DNA of 64,000 bases from an uncultured delta proteobacterium (GTDB lineage Bacteria; Desulfobacterota; Binatia; Binatales; Binataceae). Under the pieces are notes generated by a model. It made no database searches. It saw nothing but the letters and a program-made list of their open reading frames with translations, and was not told the DNA's origin. Both the position numbers and the translations under genes were made by a program. The stretch spans positions 832,001 through 896,000 of the forward strand of contig CAVQEQ010000001.1 of NCBI GenBank assembly GCA_963711565.1, read 5' to 3'. This document shows, in pieces, positions 20,724 through 30,862 of the stretch; position 1 is the first letter of the stretch, and the number at the start of each line of letters is the position of its first letter.

Positions 20724-20755
20724 AATCTATATCGGCATAGTGACAACGGTTGTCA
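20724..20755. promoter_or_regulatory. Palindromic operator TGACAACGGTTGTCA (20741-20755) plus a recC-directed -10 element TAGATT
   Basis: Perfect 7+1+7 inverted repeat in the short recC/WYL intergenic region; minus strand reads TGTCAC-N10-TAGATT. Confidence 0.7.
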
Positions 20756-20784
20756 TCCAAGAAATGAGATGATTGGATGTGCGC

Positions 20785-21812
20785 ATGAAGAAACTTCACC
20801 GCAAACCGACCTATGGCGCCGCGATACGGCTGGCGCGAATCGCCGCGGGATTATTCTCAAGGCCGTACGGCTGGAGTTTCAAATCGATCGCCGAAAGCCT
20901 GGACGTTTCCGAGCGCACGCTCGCCCGTTACGTCGCGGTGTTGCGCAGCGAGCTGCTCGACTGGCACGGCGGCCCGCTGGTCGAAGTTGTCGGCACGGGT
21001 GGCGAGCGCAAACTCCGCCTGGTCAGTTCGATGAAGGCCGCGGAGGCGTCGTCGTACCAGGTCGCGCTGCTGTATTTCTCGCTGACGGTGCTCAAGTTCC
21101 TGGAGGGCACGGTGTTGAAGGAGGGCGTCGAGGGCCTGTGGGAGAAGGTTTTTCAGAACCTGAGCCTGACGCAGCAGACGCGGCTGTCCGACCTCGAGCG
21201 CAAGTTTTACGCCGTCCCTTACGCGCCCAAGGACTACACCGATTTTAGCGAGCAGCTCGACGTGATCCTGCGTGCGCTGCTGGATCAGACTCGCCTGAAA
21301 GTCGATTACGCCGGTCTGACCGGCGAGGGCCGGAACATGACTTCGACCCGTACTCGCTGATTGCCTATCGCGGCGGTCTCTATCTGCTCGGCCACAGCGA
21401 TCGAAGCAAAGCGATCATTTATCTCGCGGTGGAGCGAATCCGATCGGTCGAGTTCGCTCGCGAGCCCGATGGCACTCCTGTGCGATTCATTTTTCCGCGC
21501 AACTTCGATCCGGCTTCACATACCGAAGGGACTTTCGGAATTGTGGACGGCCCCGAGACCAAAGTCGAACTGAAGATTCACAGCGAGCAGACCGAGGCGT
21601 ACGTGCGTTCGCGCACGATTCATCGCAGCCAGCGTTTCACGCATCGCCGCGACGGCACAACGATCATGACGATGACCGTCATGGGCACGACGGAGCTGGC
21701 GAACTGGATAATGAGCATGGGGCCGTGGATCGAGGTGCTCAAGCCCGCCACTTTGCGCAAGGAAATCGCGCAGCGCCACGCCAAAGCCGCGCGTCTCTAC
21801 CGCGCCCGCTAG
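20785..21812 (+). CDS. HTH-WYL-WCX transcriptional regulator (PafC/DriD-like), one-base frameshift near 21333
   Basis: HTH IAESLDVSERTLARY; after the shift the frame reads HDFDPYSLIAYRGGLYLLGH…AVERI; WCX end WIMSMGPWIEVLKPATLR; about 342 aa if repaired. Confidence 0.88.
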
Positions 21813-21929
21813 TACGCTTGCAGGCATCCGACCGCCGGTCCATTCTGTCACGTGATTTACGTTACTCAGTAGGATGTCGGCGGCCCACGCGTACGGCGTG
21901 GTTGTCCGGGAGGAACTCCTATCAATAGC

Positions 21930-24900
21930 TTGCGATCGGATAATCGTCGGCTGATTCCATTCACGTTTTCGATCGCGCGCGCCGCCTTGGCCGCATTCGT
22001 TATATGTACGGCGGTCTCGATCTTCAGAGTCCCGGCGGCTGTCGCCGGAGCATCGCCGTCGGTGCGTTTCTCGCCGCTCGGAACTGTGAAGCAGGTGCGG
22101 CAAGTGACGGCGCGATTTTCCGAGCCGATGGTCCCGCTCGGCGACCCGCGCGACACGACCGCACCGTTCGATATCGATTGTCCGGCGCGCGGCGCGAGCC
22201 GATGGATCGATAGCCGCAACTGGTCGTACGACTTCGACCATGATTTGCCAGCTGGCGTGCGATGCACTTTCAGGCTGCGTTCGGGTTTGAAATCGCTGGC
22301 CGGGAACGCCTTCAGCGATCTCCGCGCGTTCAACTTCGACACCGGCGGACCTTCGATTGTCGATCAGCGGCCATGGTCGGACAGCAACGATATAGATGAG
22401 GAGCAGGCGTTCGTGCTGGTCCTCGACGCGGAGCCGGACCCGGCGTCTATTCTCGAGCACGCCGGCTTTTCGGTCGAGGGAATGCCGCAGACGATTGGTG
22501 CGACGATCATGAGCGGCGCCGACCGTGCGATTCTATTGAAGCGGTTCGCGAATCTGACCGCGCACAAGACGGTCGTCATCCTGCAGGCCCGGCAGCGTTT
22601 TCCGAACAACACGCCGGTGACCCTGATATGGGGCAAGGGCATCAAATCAAAAAGCGGGATCGCAACCGACCAGGATCAAACGATCAGTTACAAGACGCGC
22701 AAACTTTTCGAAGCGAAAGTACTATGCGAGCGCGAAAGCGCGAAGGCCGGATGCATCCCGCTGACGCCGATTACACTTTCGTTCTCCGCTTTGATCTCGG
22801 CGGATCAGGCAAAACAGATCGCGCTGATCGCTCCAGACGGTGCGCGACAATTCGCCGTGCTCAGCGATCCGGGCGAGACGTCGTCGCTCTCGTTCAACGG
22901 CCCGTTTAAGGAATCGTCGGACTACAAAATCGAGATTCCGCCGAAGCTGGCCGATGGCTCGGGGCGGGAACTGGCGAACGCGTCGCGTTTCCCGATGACG
23001 GTCGAGACGGGAGAGTTTCCGCCGCTTGCAAAGTTCTCGGCGCGCTTTGGAATTATCGAGAGCGTCGATCCCGTTTTGCCGGTCACGGTGAGAAATCTCG
23101 AAGCACAGATAGCCGGCGCCCAACTCAAGCTCGGCGGTGACGCCGACAGTTCTCTACTGACCCGAATCGAGGCGACGCTCTGGCGCGTCCCGCAGCCCAA
23201 GGCGGCCGACGTGCTTTCATGGCTCAACCGCGTGGCCGTGGCAAAGCGCGCGCAGTCGGTGTTCAGCGGCGAGAATGCGAACGGTGCCAGGCAATTCGCG
23301 ATGCCGAAGCCCAACGGCCCCAATGCTTTCGAGGTGATGGGGATTCCGCTCAAGCGTCCCGGCTTGTACATCGTCGAACTGAAGAGCACCCGGCTCGGCA
23401 CCGTTTTGCTCGGCGCGCCGAAGCCGATGTACGTTCCGACTGCGGCGCTCGTCACTAATCTTGCGGTTCATTTCAAGCAGGGGCAGGCGAACTCGCTGGT
23501 GTGGGTGACGGCGCTCGAGAGCGGACTTCCGATCGATGGCGCTGATGTCGCGATTGCGGATTGTCATGGGACCGAATTGTGGAAAGGGCGCACCGACGCG
23601 CGCGGCCTCGCAATGGTTCCGACGTCGGCGGCGTTTGCGAATCTGCCGCAATGCGATTCCTCGCAGACGGATTACGAGAGCGACTACTACTCCAACCAGG
23701 TTGAAGCCCTGAGCGGGCTGAATCGCGGCCTGCTCGTTACGGCAAGCTCGGGCGAAGATTTCAGTTTTGTGCATTCGAGTTGGCAGCAGGGAATCGAGTC
23801 ATGGCGCTTTCACCTGCCGACCGAGTATCAGCCGTCGCCGTACATTGCCGATACGGTTTTCGATCGGACGCTGCTGCGCGCCGGCGAGACGGTTCACATG
23901 AAGCATTTCATCCGCGCCAGGACCCTCGATGGATTGTCGATGGTGCCGAAGGAAGATCTCCCCGACACGCTTTCAATTACTTTCTCCGGCGGCGATCAGC
24001 ACTACGATTTCGATCTCAACTGGAACGATTCGGGCAGCGCGGAGAATGATTGGCAGATCCCGCAAGCGGCGAAACTCGGCACATACAATGTCACAATGTC
24101 GCGGCGCAAGACCGCCGCGCCAAGTCCGACACCTGGCGCCGACATGGGCGATCAGACCCAGGAACTCACCACCGGGAATTTTCGCGTCGAGGAATTTCGT
24201 ATCCCGTTGATGAAAGCCGCGATCAAAGTTCCGGCGCAGCCGCTGGTCGCTGTGACCGACATTCCGATCGATCTCAGCGCCGAGTACCTGTCAGGGGGCG
24301 CCGCCAAAGGCCTTCCGATCACGTTGCGCAGCCAGATCAACAAAAACGCAACGCCACAATTCGCTGACTTCGACGATTACGTTTTCGCCAACGGCAACGT
24401 GCAGGCGGGAATCGTGCACAGCGAAGGATATTCGGAGGGAATGGAGAGCGAACAGAATCCCGGCGTGCACCAGCGCAAGGATCTCACGCTCGATGACGCC
24501 GGCGGCGCCCGCACCGACATCAGCGACATACCGCGCGAGCCCACTCCGGTCGAGATTCATGCGGAACTCGAATATCGCGACCCCAACGGCGAGAGCCAGA
24601 CGGTATCGAACAATGTGATGATTTGGCCGGCGAAGCGGCTGGTCGGAATCGAGGTTGAGGATTGGGCGTCGTCGCCCGGAGTTGTTCGCGCTCATCTTGC
24701 GGTCGTTGACGAATCGGGCAAACCAATCGCGCACGTGCCGGTAAGTGTCGATATTTTCAGTCGCCTCCAATATTCGTATCGCAAGCGGTTGATCGGCGGA
24801 TTTTACGCTTACGAGAACACCCAGGAGACCAAGCTCGGCGGCGAATTGTGCGCGGGCGTGACCGACGATCGCGGACGGCTCTCATGCGAGGCGAAACCGC

Positions 24901-27671
24901 CCGTGACCGGCGATGCGATTCTGCAAGCGACGGTGACAGACGACGCGGGCAACTCGAGTTCGGCCAACAGCGAAATTTTCATTCCAGGAAATGAGCGCGA
25001 GTGGTTCGCCGGCCGCGACGACGACCGCATGGACTTTATCCCCGAGAAGCCTGCGTACGAGCCGGGCGACGCCGCGCGCTTCCAGGTCCGGATGCCCTTT
25101 GCGGACGCAACCGCACTTGTCACCGTCGAGCGCGAGGGCGTGCTGGCCGCGTCGATCGTGCACTTACCGGGACGCAATCCGGTCATCACGATCCCGGTGC
25201 GCGACTGGGCGCCCAACGTGTTCGTCTCGGCGCTGGTGGTGCGCGGCAGAATCGCCGGCGTGCAGCCGACCGCGATGCTCGATCTCGGGAAACCGGCGTT
25301 CAAGCTTGGCATCGCCGAAATTCGCGTCGGATGGCGGGACCATCGGTTGAATGTGAAAGTCGCGCCGGAGAAATCCGTCTATCACGTCCGCGACAAGGCT
25401 CTCTTCAGGATTTCGGTGAGGACCTTCGACGGCAACGCGCCCGCGCCCGGCGGCACGATCGCGGTCGCCGCGGTTGACGAGGGCCTGCTCGAGCTGCGCG
25501 CCAACGACAGCTGGAAACTGCTCGACGCCATGATGGGCCGGCGCCCCTATCAAGTCGAAACGTCGGCGGCCGAAATGGAAGTCGTCGGCAAGCGCCATTT
25601 TGGAATCAAGGCGATTCCACCGGGCGGCGGCGGCGGGCACCAGATTACGCGCGAACTGTTCGACACGCTGCTGTTGTGGAAAGCGTCGGTGCCGCTCGAC
25701 GCGAATGGCGACGCAACAATCGAAGTGCCGCTCAATGATTCGCTGACCAGTTTCCGAATCGTCGCGATTGCCGATTCCGGCCCCGATCAATTCGGAACCG
25801 GGTCCGCGAGTATTCGCTCGACGCAGGACCTGATGTTGTTGTCCGGCGTCTCACCGATCATTCGAAACGGCGACTCGTTTGCCGCCGAGTTCACGGTGCG
25901 CAATGCGTCGGAGCGCGCCTTCGATGCGACCGTGAATGCAAAGATCGACGGACTCGCGCAGGTGCCGCCGCCGCAAAAGCTCGCGCTCGGACCCGGCCAG
26001 GGCACGACGATCTCTTGGAACGTCGAGGTGCCGGCGGTCGCGCGGGAACTCAAGTATCACGTTGACGCGAGCGTCGAGCACGGACCGTCCGATCATTTGC
26101 TGATCACGCAGCGCGTGATACCGGCGGTGCCAGTGCGAGCGCTTCAAGCGACGCTAATGCAACTCGACAAACCGATCGTACAACCGGTTGCGCGCCCGGC
26201 CGGCGCGCTCGCCGGCGTCGGCAGCGTGCAAGTCTCGCTCAGCCCCACGCTCGCGGCGGGACTCGACGGAGTGCGCGATTGGATGCGCCAGTATCCGTAC
26301 GGATGCCTCGAACAACGCGTGTCGGTGGCCGTCGCGCTCGGCGATCCGAAGTTGTGGAGCGCGATCATCGCGGACTTGCCGTCGTACACCGACTCCGACG
26401 GATTACTGAAATACTTTCCGATAATGGACCGCGGAAGTGAGGTACTCACTGCCTATTTCATTTCGATCGCGCACGAGGCCGGACTGACTATTCCCGCCGA
26501 GTCGGAGGCAACGCTCGAAAAAGGTTTGAGTGATTTCATCGAGGGCAGGATCGTGCGCGACGGGCCGATCCAGGCGGCCGACCTGCCCTTGCGCAAACTG
26601 GCCGCAATCGACGCGCTCGCTCGTGCAGGTCATGCCAATTCCGCGATGCTCGGGAGTATTACGATCGATCCGAATCTGTGGCCCGATTCTGCCGTGATCG
26701 ATTGGTGGAGTATCCTGCTCCGCGTTCCGCAAATTCCCGATCACGAGCAGCGCCTCAAGGAGGCGGAACAAATCATGCGCGGCCGCCTCAATGAACAGGG
26801 GACGGCGATGCACCTGTCGAGCGACGCGCGCAACGATATGTGGTGGCTGATGGTCTCGCCCGATTGCAACATGGTGAAGCTGGCGCTGCTGTTGCTCGAC
26901 AACAACCTGTGGCATGACGATCTGCCGCTCGTGATGCGCGGTGCGCTGGCGCTGCAATCGCACGGAGCGTGGACCGAAACGATCACCAACGCATGGGGCA
27001 CGCTGGCGGTCAGGAAGTTTGCAGCCGCTTTCGAATCGACTCCCGTCGCGGGTATCACGAGCGCGTCGCTTCAGGCGGCGACGCAAAAGCTGGATTGGGC
27101 AAACGATCCAAAGGGCGGAAATCTAGCGTTCGACTGGCCATCGACCGAGTCAGATCTGAAGATCGATCATTCCGGAAGCGGCAATCCCTGGGCTCAGATT
27201 CGCGCGATCGCAGCAGTGCCGATTACGCAGCCTTTTTCGAGCGGCTATCGAATCACGCGCACACTTCTTCCGGTCGAGAATGCCAATCCTCATGGATGGA
27301 AGCGCGGCGACCTCGTGCGAGTGCATCTCAAGGTCGAAGCGCAAACCGATATGACGTGGGTGGTCGTGAACGATCCGATTCCCGCGGGCGCGTCACATCT
27401 TGGCACCGGCCTCGGGCGCGATTCGGCGATCGCGACCTCCGGCGAAAAGATCGACACCGAGAGCTTCGTCTGGCCGATTTACTCCGAACGCGCCTTCGAC
27501 GCCTTCCGTGCCTACTATGACTACGTGCCGAAGGGGACGTTCGACATCGAGTATACAATTCGCCTCAACCAATCGGGCACTTTTCAACTACCCGCAACCT
27601 ACGTCGGGGCGCTGTACGAACCGGAAATGGTTGGCGAGCTTCCCAACAATCCATTCGAGGTCGCGCCGTAG
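21930..27671 (+). CDS. Bacterial alpha-2-macroglobulin
   Basis: 1913 aa; MG2 motif FDRTLLRAGETVH, FRVEEFR, AAVDEGLL, thioester YPYGCLEQ. Confidence 0.95.
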   Translation: MRSDNRRLIPFTFSIARAALAAFVICTAVSIFRVPAAVAGASPSVRFSPLGTVKQVRQVTARFSEPMVPLGDPRDTTAPFDIDCPARGASRWIDSRNWSYDFDHDLPAGVRCTFRLRSGLKSLAGNAFSDLRAFNFDTGGPSIVDQRPWSDSNDIDEEQAFVLVLDAEPDPASILEHAGFSVEGMPQTIGATIMSGADRAILLKRFANLTAHKTVVILQARQRFPNNTPVTLIWGKGIKSKSGIATDQDQTISYKTRKLFEAKVLCERESAKAGCIPLTPITLSFSALISADQAKQIALIAPDGARQFAVLSDPGETSSLSFNGPFKESSDYKIEIPPKLADGSGRELANASRFPMTVETGEFPPLAKFSARFGIIESVDPVLPVTVRNLEAQIAGAQLKLGGDADSSLLTRIEATLWRVPQPKAADVLSWLNRVAVAKRAQSVFSGENANGARQFAMPKPNGPNAFEVMGIPLKRPGLYIVELKSTRLGTVLLGAPKPMYVPTAALVTNLAVHFKQGQANSLVWVTALESGLPIDGADVAIADCHGTELWKGRTDARGLAMVPTSAAFANLPQCDSSQTDYESDYYSNQVEALSGLNRGLLVTASSGEDFSFVHSSWQQGIESWRFHLPTEYQPSPYIADTVFDRTLLRAGETVHMKHFIRARTLDGLSMVPKEDLPDTLSITFSGGDQHYDFDLNWNDSGSAENDWQIPQAAKLGTYNVTMSRRKTAAPSPTPGADMGDQTQELTTGNFRVEEFRIPLMKAAIKVPAQPLVAVTDIPIDLSAEYLSGGAAKGLPITLRSQINKNATPQFADFDDYVFANGNVQAGIVHSEGYSEGMESEQNPGVHQRKDLTLDDAGGARTDISDIPREPTPVEIHAELEYRDPNGESQTVSNNVMIWPAKRLVGIEVEDWASSPGVVRAHLAVVDESGKPIAHVPVSVDIFSRLQYSYRKRLIGGFYAYENTQETKLGGELCAGVTDDRGRLSCEAKPPVTGDAILQATVTDDAGNSSSANSEIFIPGNEREWFAGRDDDRMDFIPEKPAYEPGDAARFQVRMPFADATALVTVEREGVLAASIVHLPGRNPVITIPVRDWAPNVFVSALVVRGRIAGVQPTAMLDLGKPAFKLGIAEIRVGWRDHRLNVKVAPEKSVYHVRDKALFRISVRTFDGNAPAPGGTIAVAAVDEGLLELRANDSWKLLDAMMGRRPYQVETSAAEMEVVGKRHFGIKAIPPGGGGGHQITRELFDTLLLWKASVPLDANGDATIEVPLNDSLTSFRIVAIADSGPDQFGTGSASIRSTQDLMLLSGVSPIIRNGDSFAAEFTVRNASERAFDATVNAKIDGLAQVPPPQKLALGPGQGTTISWNVEVPAVARELKYHVDASVEHGPSDHLLITQRVIPAVPVRALQATLMQLDKPIVQPVARPAGALAGVGSVQVSLSPTLAAGLDGVRDWMRQYPYGCLEQRVSVAVALGDPKLWSAIIADLPSYTDSDGLLKYFPIMDRGSEVLTAYFISIAHEAGLTIPAESEATLEKGLSDFIEGRIVRDGPIQAADLPLRKLAAIDALARAGHANSAMLGSITIDPNLWPDSAVIDWWSILLRVPQIPDHEQRLKEAEQIMRGRLNEQGTAMHLSSDARNDMWWLMVSPDCNMVKLALLLLDNNLWHDDLPLVMRGALALQSHGAWTETITNAWGTLAVRKFAAAFESTPVAGITSASLQAATQKLDWANDPKGGNLAFDWPSTESDLKIDHSGSGNPWAQIRAIAAVPITQPFSSGYRITRTLLPVENANPHGWKRGDLVRVHLKVEAQTDMTWVVVNDPIPAGASHLGTGLGRDSAIATSGEKIDTESFVWPIYSERAFDAFRAYYDYVPKGTFDIEYTIRLNQSGTFQLPATYVGALYEPEMVGELPNNPFEVAP

Positions 27672-29843
27672 ATGTTGCGCCGTCTCGCAATTTTCGGTCT
27701 TCCGATCGTGGCAATCGCGGCGCTGATGCTGGCGATGACCGGACCGCCGCCGCCGACATTCGCCGACGTGCGCGCTCAGTGGCGTCCGTCGGAAGCGCAA
27801 TTGCTCGATCGCAACGGCGATCCAGTTCATGAAATGAGAATCGATCGGCACGGCAGGCGGTTTGCGTGGACATCCCTCGATGAGATCTCACCCGCGCTCA
27901 CGGAAGCGATCGTAGCCTCGGAGGACCGCCGCTTCTGGAGCCATCACGGCGTCGATCTGATCGCGATCGCGACTTCCGCCGCGCGCGGCGCAGTTGGCGG
28001 ACACAGCCGCGGTGCGAGCACGATCACGATGCAACTCGCTTCGCTACTTGATCCCTCGCTCGGAAGATCGCACTCGCGCAAAACGATTCTTCGGAAATTC
28101 AGACAAATCTTCGCGGCGATCGCGCTCGAACGTCGATGGTCGAAACGGGAAATCCTCGAAGCTTACCTGAACCTTGTCACCTACCGCGGAGAATTGCAGG
28201 GCGTCGCCGCCGCGTCGCGCGTGATGTTCGGCAAAGCGCCACAAGGAATCGACTCCGCCGAGGCGGTGGTGCTGGCCGCTTTGATCCGGGCACCGAATGC
28301 ACGCCGCGAATCCGTTGCGATTCGTGCGAACGCGCTGAGCCGCGCGCTCGGATCGGCGGGCCCATCGCAAGCCGCGATGGCGCCGGCGCTTGAGAGCGCA
28401 TTCTCGAGTCGCCGCGGCGACTATGCGCGAGTCGCGCTCGCGCCGCACCTCGCGGAGCGTTTGCTCAATAACGGAAGTGGTTCCGCGCGATGCACGCTCG
28501 ATCGGGACCTCCAGCGCTTCGTCATCGACACGCTGCGTCGCCAGATCATCGATGTCCGCGACCGCGGTGTTGACGATGGCGCGGTAATCGTCGTCGAGAA
28601 TTCTACCGGCGAAGTGTGGTCGTATGTCGGCGGCGCCGGCGATCTGTCGGATGCCCCGGACTTCGACGCGATCCGCGCGCCGCGCCAACCGGGATCGACG
28701 CTCAAGCCGTTCCTCTACGCGCTCGCGGTGGACAAGCACTTGCTCACTGCCGCCTCGTTGATAGAAGACACTCCGCTCGAATTGCCTGAGCAGCGCGGGA
28801 TCTACCGCCCCCTCGACTACGATCGCGAGTTCCGCGGCCTGGTCTCGATGCGCACCGCGCTCGCGGCGTCGCTGAATGTGCCCGCCGTCCGGACCGCCGA
28901 CATGGTTGGCGTCGAGGTCTTCGCGGACCGTTTGCGACGCCTTGGTTTCAGCGGTCTGGTCGAGGAAGGCGACTACTACGGCGCCGCCCTGGCGCTAGGG
29001 TCTGCAGATGTGAGCCTGTGGCAGTTGGTGAACGCATATCGCACACTGGCTAATGGTGGTAGATACTCAGAACGTCAACTGACTAATGACACCGATACTC
29101 ACACATCGACCGAAGTGTACTCACCTGAAGCATCGTTCGTGATTTCCGATGTACTATCCGACAGAGCCAGCCGCAGTACTACGTTCGGGCTGGAAAACAG
29201 TCTCGCGACCCGCTATTGGAGCGCGGTCAAGACGGGTACCAGCAAGGACATGCGCGACAACTGGTGCGTCGGCTACACGGATAAGTTCACGGTGGGAGTG
29301 TGGGTTGGTAATTCCTCGGGCGCGCCGATGCGCGATGTGACCGGAATCACCGGCGCCGCGCCCACGTGGCTCAGCGTGATGAACTATCTGCACGACCGCT
29401 TTGGCAGCGGCCAAATTTTGCGTCCGACGGATGTGGTTCTCAGCGAGGTGAGCTTCCCCGGCGCTGTCGAGCCGTCGCGTAAGGAGTGGTTCGTCCCCGG
29501 AACACAGCCGAGTGGATCGTCGAGCAGTCTCGCCGACTCCAACCCGCAAATTCTGTCGCCGGTAGCGGGCACGATCATCGCGCTCGACCCCGACATCCCG
29601 GCGAGCGCGCAGCGAGTCGCCTTCGAGGCCAGCCGGGGCGCGCGCGATTCGCGCTGGATCCTCGATGGACGCGCGCTGGCGCCGGTTCACGGTGCGTTGC
29701 TCTGGACTCCGTCGCCCGGCGCGCACACTCTCTCTATCGCTCCTGCCTCGGGAGGCGCGCTGCAGACAATTCAATTTGTGGTCCGCGGATCGAATAACCC
29801 GCTCGCAGATAGTGATCGTGGAGTCGATCAGCAGCTACAATGA
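27672..29843 (+). CDS. pbpC: Penicillin-binding protein 1C
   Basis: EDRRFWSHHGVD, GASTITMQ, STLK (SxxK), SLN, KTGT; directly follows alpha-2-macroglobulin. Confidence 0.95.
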   Translation: MLRRLAIFGLPIVAIAALMLAMTGPPPPTFADVRAQWRPSEAQLLDRNGDPVHEMRIDRHGRRFAWTSLDEISPALTEAIVASEDRRFWSHHGVDLIAIATSAARGAVGGHSRGASTITMQLASLLDPSLGRSHSRKTILRKFRQIFAAIALERRWSKREILEAYLNLVTYRGELQGVAAASRVMFGKAPQGIDSAEAVVLAALIRAPNARRESVAIRANALSRALGSAGPSQAAMAPALESAFSSRRGDYARVALAPHLAERLLNNGSGSARCTLDRDLQRFVIDTLRRQIIDVRDRGVDDGAVIVVENSTGEVWSYVGGAGDLSDAPDFDAIRAPRQPGSTLKPFLYALAVDKHLLTAASLIEDTPLELPEQRGIYRPLDYDREFRGLVSMRTALAASLNVPAVRTADMVGVEVFADRLRRLGFSGLVEEGDYYGAALALGSADVSLWQLVNAYRTLANGGRYSERQLTNDTDTHTSTEVYSPEASFVISDVLSDRASRSTTFGLENSLATRYWSAVKTGTSKDMRDNWCVGYTDKFTVGVWVGNSSGAPMRDVTGITGAAPTWLSVMNYLHDRFGSGQILRPTDVVLSEVSFPGAVEPSRKEWFVPGTQPSGSSSSLADSNPQILSPVAGTIIALDPDIPASAQRVAFEASRGARDSRWILDGRALAPVHGALLWTPSPGAHTLSIAPASGGALQTIQFVVRGSNNPLADSDRGVDQQLQ

Positions 29844-29885
29844 CGCGAGATGTGCGCGTACTCGCGACTGTGAACGATTAAAGCA

Positions 29886-30842
29886 ATGATCATATTAACC
29901 GGCGGTGCGGGCTTCGTCGGCAGCAACCTGCTGGCCGCGTTGAATGCCAGAGGCGTCACCGACATCCTCGTGGTCGATCGCCGCGGCGACAACTTCCGCA
30001 ACCTATCCGATCTGCGGTTCTCCGACTTCATACAGCCGGGCGAATTCGCCCGCGCCATCGAGCGCAAGTCTCTGCCCGATCGAATCGAAGCGATCTTTCA
30101 TCAGGGCGCGTGCGCCGACACCACTTGTACCGACGGCCGCTACATGATCGAAAACAATTTCACGTTCTCGAAATCGATTCTGCAATTCGCGCTCTCGAGC
30201 AAAGTCCCTTTCGTGTATGCGTCGAGCGCGGCCGTGTACGGCGCCTCGAGCGCGTTCGCGCCGTCGCGCGAAAATGAGCGTCCACTCAATCTCTATGGGC
30301 TGTCCAAACTCGCCTTCGACAATCACGTTCGCATCGTCGCCGCGAAATCCGCGAGTACTGTGGCCGGTCTTCGATACTTCAACGTCTACGGTCCGCGCGA
30401 ATCGCACAAGAGCAAAATGGCGTCGATGGTGTATCAACTATACCGCCAGTTGAAGACGAGCGGTCGCGCGCGACTGTTCGAGGGCACCCACGGATACGCC
30501 GCCGGCGAGCAGCGGCGCGATTTTGTTTTTGTGAAAGATATTGTTCGAGTGAATCTTGCGCTTGCCGAAGGATCCGCGCGCAACGGTGTGTTTAACGTCG
30601 GCACCGGACAAGCGCGCACTTTCAACGACGTCGCGAGCATACTAATCGCGCGGCTTGGCGCCGGTGCGACTGACTATGTACCATTTCCCACGAGCCTGGC
30701 GGGTAAGTATCAGAGCTTCACGCAAGCTGATATCTCGGCGCTGAGGAGTGCAGGGTACAGAGAAGAGTTTTCAACGCTGGAAGATGGAATCGCGAAATCG
30801 ATCGATGCCTGGAATCGAGAGCTGGAATCGATCGGCGGCTGA
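29886..30842 (+). CDS. hldD: ADP-L-glycero-D-manno-heptose 6-epimerase
   Basis: TGGAGFVGSN, FHQGACADT, YASSAAVYG, YGLSK, RYFNVYGP, YQSFTQAD. Confidence 0.93.
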   Translation: MIILTGGAGFVGSNLLAALNARGVTDILVVDRRGDNFRNLSDLRFSDFIQPGEFARAIERKSLPDRIEAIFHQGACADTTCTDGRYMIENNFTFSKSILQFALSSKVPFVYASSAAVYGASSAFAPSRENERPLNLYGLSKLAFDNHVRIVAAKSASTVAGLRYFNVYGPRESHKSKMASMVYQLYRQLKTSGRARLFEGTHGYAAGEQRRDFVFVKDIVRVNLALAEGSARNGVFNVGTGQARTFNDVASILIARLGAGATDYVPFPTSLAGKYQSFTQADISALRSAGYREEFSTLEDGIAKSIDAWNRELESIGG

Positions 30843-30862
30843 CCCCAATCGGAGAACTATAA

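Noticed and set aside
21836-21875. Second WYL site before the alpha-2-macroglobulin gene
   Set aside because: Only one TGTCA half-site, without the N10-TANNNT spacing.
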